Of a stretch of 64,000 nt of DNA, positions 53,591-62,314 are shown in pieces. Both the position numbers and the translations under genes were made by a program. The notes below the pieces were generated by a model that was not told where the DNA came from, searched no databases, and saw only the letters and a program-made list of their open reading frames with translations. How positions within the stretch are numbered: the first letter of the stretch is position 1; every line of letters starts with the position of its first letter. This DNA comes from an uncultured Gemmataceae bacterium (GTDB lineage Bacteria > Planctomycetota > Planctomycetia > Gemmatales > Gemmataceae): positions 1,216,001 to 1,280,000 of the forward strand of contig CAVVPN010000011.1 in the NCBI GenBank assembly GCA_963750165.1. The letters run 5' to 3'.

Positions 53591-56359
53591 TTACCTCCCG
53601 CTCAGGCGGGCGAGGGCGGCCTGCGCCTGCTGCGTCGGCAGTGCCCCCGGCGCCCCCTGGGCCAGCGCCTGCAATACCTGTCGCGCCTCGGCCGTGCCCG
53701 CGCGTTCGAGCACCTCCACGGCACGCATCAGCCGCAACTGCTCCGCCGTCAGGTTCCCGGCGACCAGTCGATCCAGCAGCGCCTCCACGCGCCGCTGCGT
53801 CTCCAGCGCGGGTTTGGCGGCCAGCAGTTTTTGCAACGCCGGCACCGCCAGGCCGCCCAGCTTCAGCAGTTCTTTCGTGGCCCGGTCCCGGGTCTTGAAA
53901 TTCTTGCTGTCCAGGTCGGCGAGGAACCCTTGCAGGGTCTTCGCATCGACCGGGACCGCCGGCTTGAGCCGTTCGCCCAGGAACGGCACCGCCTGTTTGG
54001 GGGCCGCGGCCAGGCGCAGAATACCGTGATATGCCTTGCCGGCGTCCTCGCCGACCAGGTCGCCCCACAGTGCCGCCACTTCCTTCGGCGCCAGCGCCGC
54101 TGCAAGCCGCGGTGCCCGTTTCAAAGCGGCCAGCTCCCAGACCAGGACGGTGGTGTCCCGGCTGCCCGTCGCCAGGGTCTTGCCGTCCGCGGAAAAAGCG
54201 ACCGCGGAGAGGGCCCCGTCGTGTCCCTTGAACTGGCCGACTTCCTTGCCCGTGAGCACGTCCCAGACGGCGACCGCGTGACCCGCCCCCTTCGCGGCCA
54301 GCAACGTGCCGTCTGGCGAAAAGGCCACGGTCGGGGCGTTAAACATCGGCGGGGCGACGCCGCGGCCCCCGCCGAAACCGCCGAAACCGCCACCCATCAT
54401 CGGCCCAGGCTGCCGCGCGATCGGTTGGCCCAGGCGGGCGCGCTCCTTGCCGCTGGCGACCTCCCACAGGGAAATGGTCTGGTCGGCGTTCTCCACGGCG
54501 ATGACCCTGCCGTCGGGTGAATAGGCGATGCTCACCGTGCCGGGCTGCGGCAGTGTGATCTTGCGGATCTCCTTGCCGCTGGCCACGTCCCACAGCCGCA
54601 GCGTGTCGGCGGCCACGGCCGGGGCGGACTGCGGTTGATTGACAATCCGGATGCCCTGGGGCGTCCCAGACATGTAGGCGGCCACGGTGCGGCCGTCCGG
54701 CGACAGCGCCAGCGCGCTGCCCCCGGCGACTACCATGCCCCCGAAGCCACCCCCAATGCCCATCGCCCGGTCCACCGGCAGGGTGATGTGTCGCAGCTCG
54801 GTGCCCTTGACCACGTCGTGCAGCCGCAGGTCCGCGGTGCCGCGCGAGGCCAGCACCTGGCCGTTCGCCGAAAACGCCAGCGCCGTCGTGCCGGTTTCGT
54901 GCCCTTTCAACTGGTGTCGTTCCTTGCCGGTGGCGACCTCGACCAGGCGGATGGTGCCGCCGACCGCCAGGGCTGCGGTGCGGCCGTCGGGGGCGAAGGC
55001 CGCGTTGTGCGTCTCCGGCGGCGCCGCGATCTGGCCCAGTTCCTTGCCGGTGACGCCGTCCCAGCGGCGGATGATCTGATCGCTGCTGCCGGACACCAGG
55101 GCCTTGCCGTCGGGCGACACGGCCAGGGCCGAGACGGTGCCGCCGTGACCGCCGGCCAGGGGCTGTTCCTTGCCGGTGCCCACGTCCCACAGCCGCAGTG
55201 TCTGGCCGGCGGCCACGAGCAGGGCCTTGCCGTCCGGGGAGAAGGTAAACTCCTGCGGCGTGGCGGAGGTGATGCCGGGGACGATCAACACGAACCCGGC
55301 GTTGCCCGCGGTTGCCCCGGCGCTGAACTTGCGGAGTTCCTTGCCGGTATCGATCTCGAAGAGGTGAATCACCTGGTCGCGGCCCTTGACGGCCAGGGTT
55401 TTGCCGTCGGGCGCGAAGGCCAGGAACAGGGTGCCACGGTTCCCCGTGAGCTGGCGGAGTTCCCTGCCCGTGGCCGCCTCGCGCAGCACGATGCCGTTGA
55501 AGGCGGCACAGGCCAGGATTTTGCCGTTGGGCGAGAAGGCGAGGCCAGCCTGGGCGCGTGCCGCCTCCACGCGCCAGTGTTCCTTGCCCGTGGCCAGGTC
55601 CGTGAGGCGCACGAAGGACTCGACCATATTGTTGTCGTATGTCGTTTCCGCGGTGGCCAGGGTCTTACCGTCGGCTGAGAGGGCCATTCCGGGGCCGCCG
55701 CGGCCGCCGGTCACGAACAGGGCCACCTTGGCGTCCTGCTGTTTTTTCGGGTTCGGCTGGCGCAGCTCCTTGCCCGTCCTGGTATCCAGCAGGTGGATGA
55801 CCTGGGTCACCGTCCGCGCGACCAGCATTTTCCCGTCGGGCGTGAAGAGCAGGCCGGCCCTGCCCGCTTCCGGCGTTTTGATCTGGTGCAGTTCCTTGCC
55901 CGTGGCCACGTCCCACAAATAAATACCCTGGCCCGGGTAAGCGGCAGCCAGCACCTTGCCATCGGACGACAGGGCCACCGCCGCCGCGCCACGGATCGGG
56001 CCGAGCCCGGGGCGGGGCATCATCGCGGGGGGATTCTGACCCGGCGGCGGGCCCTGGAAGCGGCGCAGTTCCTTGCCGGTGGCGCGGTCCCACAACCGCA
56101 GCGTGCCGTCCTGGCTGGCGGTGACCACGGCCTTGCCGTCCAGGGCGAACGCCACGAACGAGACGTTCGCGCTGTGCCGCCAGCGCAGCGTGCCCAGGCG
56201 GGCGCGGGCGCCGGCCGGCAGCGGGTCACCGTGGGCGTCGGTTTTGGCCTGGCCCTGCGCCGCGGCGACGGCCGCGCAGACTGCCACCGCCACAGCCGTC
56301 AGCGTAAGGGCGGACCATCTTCCCAGGCGCGGAGCCTGGCCGGGGTTGCGTCGGAGCAT
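53591..56359 (-). CDS. Secreted multi-propeller WD40 repeat protein (paralog 1)
   Basis: DAHGDPLPAGARARLGTLRWRH start; many FSPDGK..LWDVATGKE repeats; helical tail LW.DL...RAVEVLERAGT. Confidence 0.92.
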   Translation of the reverse strand: MLRRNPGQAPRLGRWSALTLTAVAVAVCAAVAAAQGQAKTDAHGDPLPAGARARLGTLRWRHSANVSFVAFALDGKAVVTASQDGTLRLWDRATGKELRRFQGPPPGQNPPAMMPRPGLGPIRGAAAVALSSDGKVLAAAYPGQGIYLWDVATGKELHQIKTPEAGRAGLLFTPDGKMLVARTVTQVIHLLDTRTGKELRQPNPKKQQDAKVALFVTGGRGGPGMALSADGKTLATAETTYDNNMVESFVRLTDLATGKEHWRVEAARAQAGLAFSPNGKILACAAFNGIVLREAATGRELRQLTGNRGTLFLAFAPDGKTLAVKGRDQVIHLFEIDTGKELRKFSAGATAGNAGFVLIVPGITSATPQEFTFSPDGKALLVAAGQTLRLWDVGTGKEQPLAGGHGGTVSALAVSPDGKALVSGSSDQIIRRWDGVTGKELGQIAAPPETHNAAFAPDGRTAALAVGGTIRLVEVATGKERHQLKGHETGTTALAFSANGQVLASRGTADLRLHDVVKGTELRHITLPVDRAMGIGGGFGGMVVAGGSALALSPDGRTVAAYMSGTPQGIRIVNQPQSAPAVAADTLRLWDVASGKEIRKITLPQPGTVSIAYSPDGRVIAVENADQTISLWEVASGKERARLGQPIARQPGPMMGGGFGGFGGGRGVAPPMFNAPTVAFSPDGTLLAAKGAGHAVAVWDVLTGKEVGQFKGHDGALSAVAFSADGKTLATGSRDTTVLVWELAALKRAPRLAAALAPKEVAALWGDLVGEDAGKAYHGILRLAAAPKQAVPFLGERLKPAVPVDAKTLQGFLADLDSKNFKTRDRATKELLKLGGLAVPALQKLLAAKPALETQRRVEALLDRLVAGNLTAEQLRLMRAVEVLERAGTAEARQVLQALAQGAPGALPTQQAQAALARLSGR

Positions 56360-56406
56360 GTTGATCCTCCTGAGAATTTCCGCGGGCAAAAAGTAACGAA
56401 AGCATC

Positions 56407-56495
56407 GATTCACAGATGACACAGATAACACAGATAAAGACAAAAAGGAGAATTGATTTTGTCTTTATCTGTGTTATCTGTGTCATCTGTGGATC
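56407..56495. repeat. Palindrome with 9-nt subrepeats (CACAGATRA type)
   Basis: gattcacagatgacacagataacacagataaagacaaaa ... ttttgtctttatctgtgttatctgtgtcatctgtggatc. Confidence 0.9.
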
Positions 56496-56498
56496 ACT

Positions 56499-59294
56499 TT
56501 ATTTGCTGAGCCAGGCGAGGGCGGCCTGCGCCTGCCGCGTCGGCAGCGCCCCGGCGCTCCCTGGGCCAGCGTCTGCAGCACCTGCCGCGCCTCGGTCGTG
56601 CCCGAGCGTTCGAGCGCCTCCACGGCACGCACCAGCCGAATCTGCTCCGCCGTCAGGTCGCCCACGGTCAGCTTTTCCAGCAGCGCTTCCACGCGCCGCT
56701 GCGTCTCCAGCGCGGGCTTGGTCGCGAGCAACTGCTGCAACGGCGGCACCGCCAGCTCACCCAGTTTGGCCAGCTCCGACGAGGCCCGGTCGCGCGTCTT
56801 GAAATTCTTGCTGCCCAGGTCCGCGAGCAGACCCGCCAGCTTCTGGGGATCGACCGGCACCGCCGGCTTCAATCGACCGGCCAGAAACGGCGCCGCCTGC
56901 TTGGAGTCCGCGGCCAGGCGCAGGATGCCGCGGTACGCCTTGGCGGCGTCCTCGCCGATCAGGTCCGTCCACAGCGCTGCCACTTCCTTCGGCTGCAGCG
57001 CCGCCGCGACCCGCGGCGTCCGCTTCAGGCCGGCCATGTCCCAGACCAGCGCCGTGGTGTCCTGACTGCCCGAGGCCAGGGTCTTGCCGTCCGCGGAGAA
57101 GACGACGGCGGTGATAGCTGCGTCGTGGCCCTTGAACTGGCCGATTTCCTTGCCAGCGACCACGTCCCACACGGCGACCGCGTTCCCTGGTCCCTTCGCC
57201 GCCAGCAGCTCGCCGTCCGGCGAAAAGGTCAGGGTCGGCGCGTACGGCGTCTGCCGGCCAAAGGTGCCGATGCCGCCACCGCCGATGGCGATGACCGCCG
57301 TTGGCCCAGGTTTCGGCCCGGCGACCGGGCTGCCCAGACGGGCGCGCTCCTTGCCGCTGGCGATCTCCCACAGGCTGATGGTCTGGTCGGCGTGCTCCGT
57401 GGCCAGGACGCGGCCGTCCGGGGAATAGGCCAGGCTGGTCGTGCCTGCCCTGGGCAGCGTGATCTTGCGGACCTCCTTGCCGGTGGCCACGTCCCACAGC
57501 CGTAGCGTGTCGGGGACTGCGGGCTGGGGCGGGTTGCCGATCCGGACGAACTGCGGCGTCGTCGCCAGGTGGACCGCCAGGGTCTGGCCGTCCGGCGAGA
57601 AGGCCAGCGCCCTGCCGCCGACGAACGCGCCGCCCCTGATCCCGCCGGGGTTCATGGCGACCTTTTCGACCGGCAGGTTGATGTGCCGCAGTTCGGTGCC
57701 CTTGACCGCGTCGTGCAACCGCAGATCGGCGTTGCCGCGCGAGGCCAGCACCTTGCCGCTGGGCGCGAACGCCAGCGCTACCGTGCCGTTGGTGTGACCC
57801 TTCAACTGATGCAGTTCCTTGCCGGTGGCCGTGTCGTGCAGGCGAATGGTGTCGCCGACCGCCAGGGCCACGGTGCGGCCGTCCGGCGCGAAGGCCGCGT
57901 TCTGCGTACCCGGCGGCGCCGCGAACCGGCCCAGTTCCTTGCCCGTGGCGCCGTCCCAGCGGCGAACGACGTGATCCGCCCCGTAGCTGGCCAGGGCCTT
58001 GCCGTCCGGCGCGACCCCCACGGTCAAAACGGGCCCGCGGTGACCGGCGGCCTGCGCTACCTCCTTGCCGCTGCCCACGTCCCAGAAGCGCACGACCTGC
58101 CCGACTCCTTCGACCAGAGTCTTGCCATCCGGGGAGAAGGCGAACTCCTGGGCCGCGCCACCGCCGAATGTGGTGAAGACCACCGCATTGCCGCCGCCAG
58201 CCAGGTTCATCCCCTCGCCGAACTGGCGAACTTCCTTGCCGCTGGCTGTCTCGAAGAGGCGGATGATCTGGTCGCGCCCATAGGCGGCCAGGGTGCCGCC
58301 GTCCGAAGTGAAGGCCAGGGTCGAGACCCCGGCCGGGGCCTTGATCTTGCGAACCTCCTTGTCGGTGGCCGCGTCGCGCAGCAGGATGGCGTTGCTACTG
58401 CCGTGGGCCAGGATCTTGCCGCTGGGCGAATAGGCCAGGCCGGTCACGCCGCCGGCCGTTCCCGCGATGCGGCGGATCTCCTTGCCGGCGTCCAGGTCTA
58501 CCAGCCGAATGTAAGCGCTCAGCTTGCCCTGCTGGAATTCCATTTCCGCGGTGGCCAGCGTTCTGCCGTCCGGGGACAGGGCCATGCCGGTGCCCGCACC
58601 CCCCGGCCCGAACATCACGACCGCGCCACCGCCGACGCGCTGGACCATTGGTGCCGCGATCTGACGCAGTTCCTTGCCCGTGGCGGTGTCCAGCAGGTGA
58701 ACGGCCCCGGTGCCCGCGCCACGACCAGGGTCTTGCCATCGGGCGTGAAGGCCAGCCCGCCCACGCCGCCCGCGAGGACCTTGAACTGCCGGAGCTGCTC
58801 GCCGGTGGCCACGTCCCACAGCACGATGCCCTGGCCGGGGGACGCAGCCGCCAATGCCAGCACTTTGCCATCCCGAGACAGGGACACTACCCCCGGGCCG
58901 CGCTTCATCCCGACCCAGCCGCCGACGGCGCGGGGCGGCATCACGGGCGGGTTCTTGCCCTCCGGGACCGGGAACCGTCGCAGTTCCTTGCCCGTCGCGC
59001 GGTCCCAGAGCCGCAGGGTGCCGTCCTGGCTGGCGGTCACCACGGCCTTGCCGTCCAGCGCGAACGCCACGAACGTCAAATTCCCGCCGTGCCGCCAACG
59101 CAGGGTGCCCAGGCGAGCGCGGCGCCGGCCGGCAGCGGGTCGCCGTGGGCGTCGGTTTTGGCCTGCTGCTGAACTGCTGCAGGCCGTGGGTGACCGATGA
59201 CGGTGATGGTCGCGCAGGCCAGCGCGGCCAGCGCCGTCACGAAGACGGCAGCCATTCGCAGGTACGCGGCCTGACCGGGGTGGTGTCGAAACAT
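56499..59294 (-). CDS. Secreted multi-propeller WD40 repeat protein (paralog 2; three frameshifts near 59120, 58714 and 56550)
   Basis: Colinear with paralog 1 from DAHGDPLPAG to QAQAALAWLSK* when the three frame switches are repaired. Confidence 0.85.
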
Positions 59295-59657
59295 GGCGGT
59301 TCTCCTGTTGAGTGTACTCGAGACCGACCCTCAGCAGGGTGCCGGGCGCGAGCCAGGGGTTGGTGACGGAAACCGGTGCCGGGTGAGATCGACTAACCCA
59401 ACAGCATATCGGAGAGTCCACCGGGATTTTACTGAAATCCCATGAAAGGGAGATGAGCCACCGCCAGGGCGTTTCCTGTGACCGTACCCCCGTGGGGCAT
59501 TCACGTCGGAGCGGCTGGGTGAGTGAGGCAAACAGAGGGGCGATTACGCCGGTAACTCCTGGAGCAAAAAGGGGTTTTCGGCGCCGATTCGGCGCCGAAA
59601 CTAATGTGCGCTTGCTCTTAATTGAACGGTATTGGGGCCAATGCGGTTGGCCCTCGG

Positions 59658-59721
59658 GGGTAGCGGAAGTCGCCAGACTTCCGTCCGGCACTGCTCGGAA
59701 GTCTGGCGACTTCCGCTACCC
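59658..59721. repeat. GTAG-type REP-like palindrome
   Basis: gggtagcggaagtcgccagacttccg ... cggaagtctggcgacttccgctaccc. Confidence 0.85.
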
Positions 59722-59785
59722 AAACGCCACGCGCGCTAAACGTGCGGCGGAAAGAATGGCCGCTGATGGTTTCGCAGCCAGTACG

Positions 59786-60610
59786 TTATTTCTTTTCCTG
59801 GAACAGCATTGGCGCAATCAGGTACAGGTCGCTTCTCCAGACCGCGAAGGTGTGAGCGCCAGAGCCGACGTGCCAGACGTGCGGAACCTTGCGTTCCTCC
59901 AGGGCGGCGTGAAACGCCTTGTTGCCGTTCATCAGCGAGTCCTTGTCACCGCAGGAAACCCACAGCAGGCGGAGTTTCTTGACGGCCTCCACGTCCTTGA
60001 CGTACGGCAGCCCCTTGCCCTTGGCGAAAACGGGCGCCGCGAAGCCACCGACCCAGGCGAACTTGTCGGGGTGCTTCAGGCCGATGGTGTACGACTGCGT
60101 GCCGCCCATCGACAGCCCCGCGAGGGCGCGGTGCTCGGCGTCGGCCTGCACCGGGTAGCGCGACTCGACGAACGGGATGATGTCCTTGAGCAGTTCATTT
60201 TCAAAGCCGCCGACCAGGCCCTTGGGCTGTCCGGGGCCGGTGACGGTGCCGTTGGGCATCACCACGATCATCGGCACAACTTTCTTGTCGGCGTAGAGGT
60301 TGTCGAGGATGACGTTCGCCTTGCCACCCTTGGCGCTGGACCAGTTGGTTTGATTGCCGCCCTTGCCGTGCAGCAGGTACAGAACGGGATACTTTTTGTC
60401 CTTGGAATAGCCCGGCGGCAGGTAGACGACCAGCTTGCGTTTTTCGCCGGTGGTCTTGGAGTCGTACTCCTGGGTCTCGACCTTGCCGCGTTCGATGTCT
60501 TTGCGGAAGGCGTCGAAGCCCCTGGGGGCTGGCGACAATTGCGGCTGCTGGGCGTGGGCGACGGCGGTCAGGACCAGGACCAGGACAGCGAAGGGGACGA
60601 AGCGCTTCAT
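59786..60610 (-). CDS. Secreted esterase (CE1 / enterochelin-esterase-like alpha/beta hydrolase)
   Basis: VYLPPGY; YPVLYLLHG; ALAGLSMGG; SCGDKD; GAHTF.VW. Confidence 0.92.
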   Translation of the reverse strand: MKRFVPFAVLVLVLTAVAHAQQPQLSPAPRGFDAFRKDIERGKVETQEYDSKTTGEKRKLVVYLPPGYSKDKKYPVLYLLHGKGGNQTNWSSAKGGKANVILDNLYADKKVVPMIVVMPNGTVTGPGQPKGLVGGFENELLKDIIPFVESRYPVQADAEHRALAGLSMGGTQSYTIGLKHPDKFAWVGGFAAPVFAKGKGLPYVKDVEAVKKLRLLWVSCGDKDSLMNGNKAFHAALEERKVPHVWHVGSGAHTFAVWRSDLYLIAPMLFQEKK

Positions 60611-60706
60611 GGCCACCTCACCTTATCATGGGAAAGACAACGGAACCAGAGAGGCACACCGTTGTAAACCCCACCCGGCCCGGTTGGCCCCGCCGCGGTA
60701 AAGGGA

Positions 60707-61735
60707 TTAAATGTCCAGCGCGTCCAGCTGGTCCATCAGGTTATCCAGGTCGTCCTTCGGCCCCTGCGTCTTGTCGGCCTGCCGCTTCGGAATGCCGACG
60801 CTCATGCCGACCGCGACGCGACCGTCGTTGACCAGTTCGTGGTCGCGCTCCGCCACGGCCTGCTCCAGCGCGTCCTTGATGTCGCCGCCGAACAGCCGCG
60901 TCAGGTCGATCTTCAAGCCGCTGATGGCCCCGACCGGCGCCCCTGCGATGGCCGGCGTCTTGTAGTCCGGGAACATGATCGCCTGTTCCGGACAGACGCG
61001 GCTGCACGCCGGACAGCCGCGCTTGCAGTTGTCCTGCTGTTCGACGGTGATGCGGTCGAGTTTGTCCACGCCGTAGACGCCAAACAGGCAAAAATCGATG
61101 CACTCCATGCAATTGGTGCAGCGGCTGTAGTCGATGACCGGGTACCAGCGCCGTGCCGGCGTTTGCAGCAGCTGCTCCGGCGCGAAGCTCGGCGCCTCCG
61201 GCTTGCGCAGTTCCAGGTTCAGCGGCACAATCACGGGGTTGGCCCGTGCCTGTTCCGCCTGCTTCGCCTCGCGGCGGCTGCGGCACTCGACGGCAATGCG
61301 GCGGATTTCTTCGACGAACGGCTGGTGTTGATTACGGTCGCGCAGGTCGATGCAGTAAATGTGCCGGTCCGGCACGTCGAGCGCCCCGATGCCCTTCGGC
61401 GGCTCCGGTTCGCCGGTTTCCTCCTCGTCCTCGTCGCCGTCGTCGGCGGGCTTCAGCAGGGTTTCGCCGAAGTGGCCCTTGATGCCGTCACGGTCGAGCA
61501 GCCAGAAGGCGGCGCGCGGATACAGCCAGCAGAGCACGATCAAGTCGCCCGCCACCGACTCCAGGTACAGCCGGCCCGTGTGCTGGGCGTCCAGGTCGTA
61601 CAGGTGCGGCAGGACGGACAGGTCGATGCCCGGTTCGCCGAGCAGGGCCGCGACAATGCTCTCTTCCAGGGCGCGTTTGGCGGGGTGCTTGCCCTGTGCT
61701 TGCGACAGCACGACGGTCAGCCGGGAACGGCTCAT
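60707..61735 (-). CDS. 2[4Fe-4S] ferredoxin-domain protein with uncharacterised N-terminal domain
   Basis: WYPVIDYSRCTNCMECIDFCLFGVY and CKRGCPACSRVCP. Confidence 0.88.
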   Translation of the reverse strand: MSRSRLTVVLSQAQGKHPAKRALEESIVAALLGEPGIDLSVLPHLYDLDAQHTGRLYLESVAGDLIVLCWLYPRAAFWLLDRDGIKGHFGETLLKPADDGDEDEEETGEPEPPKGIGALDVPDRHIYCIDLRDRNQHQPFVEEIRRIAVECRSRREAKQAEQARANPVIVPLNLELRKPEAPSFAPEQLLQTPARRWYPVIDYSRCTNCMECIDFCLFGVYGVDKLDRITVEQQDNCKRGCPACSRVCPEQAIMFPDYKTPAIAGAPVGAISGLKIDLTRLFGGDIKDALEQAVAERDHELVNDGRVAVGMSVGIPKRQADKTQGPKDDLDNLMDQLDALDI

Positions 61736-61751
61736 CGAAGTCCCTCGACGG

Positions 61752-62201
61752 TTACATGTGGCCCTTGAGCAGCCGCTGAGTGGTTTCCCAGCCGGTCTCC
61801 AGGAATTGATAGTATTGCTCGACGGTCATGGTGGCCGTGGCGTCGCCGATCATCTCGAACAGCCAGCCGGCCCCGTAGTTCTCGACGTTGATGGCGCTCG
61901 GATCCTTCAGTAATTCGCCGTTGAATTCGATCAGCGTTCCGGCAATGGGTGCGAACAGGTCCGACAGCGCCTTGCTTGTCTCGATATGGCCGATCTGCTG
62001 TTTGAGCTGGAGCGCGTCGCCGGCGTTGACGCACCAGTCGAGGAAGTACACGTCCTGCATGAGCCGCACCGCGTAGGACGTGAAGCCGAAGCGGTGCCGC
62101 GCGCCGGTGCTGCGGCACCACATGTGGTTGCGCGCGTAGCGCAACTCGCCCGGCAGCACGGCGGGGAACTTGCCCATCAGGAAGGTCATGTCGTCGGCCA
62201 T
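61752..62201 (-). CDS. Glycine cleavage H-like lipoyl carrier protein
   Basis: LRYARNHMW; GFTSYA; IETSKALSDLFAPIAG (lipoyl Lys); N..L..DPSAIN..NYGAGWLF. Confidence 0.88.
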   Translation of the reverse strand: MADDMTFLMGKFPAVLPGELRYARNHMWCRSTGARHRFGFTSYAVRLMQDVYFLDWCVNAGDALQLKQQIGHIETSKALSDLFAPIAGTLIEFNGELLKDPSAINVENYGAGWLFEMIGDATATMTVEQYYQFLETGWETTQRLLKGHM

Positions 62202-62216
62202 CACCCGTCTCAAATT

Positions 62217-62309
62217 TAGCCACAGAGGACACAGAGGACACAGAGAGAAAGAAAAAATACTACGCGGTCTTTCTCTTTCTCTCTGTGTCCTCTGTGTCCT
62301 CTGTGGCTA
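62217..62309. repeat. Palindrome with 9-nt subrepeats (CACAGAGGA type)
   Basis: tagccacagaggacacagaggacacagagagaaaga ... tctttctctctgtgtcctctgtgtcctctgtggcta. Confidence 0.92.
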
Positions 62310-62314
62310 GTTTT

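Noticed and set aside
61752..62201. Calling this gene canonical gcvH of a glycine cleavage operon
   Set aside because: No gcvT/gcvP nearby and the termini are atypical; left as GcvH-like.
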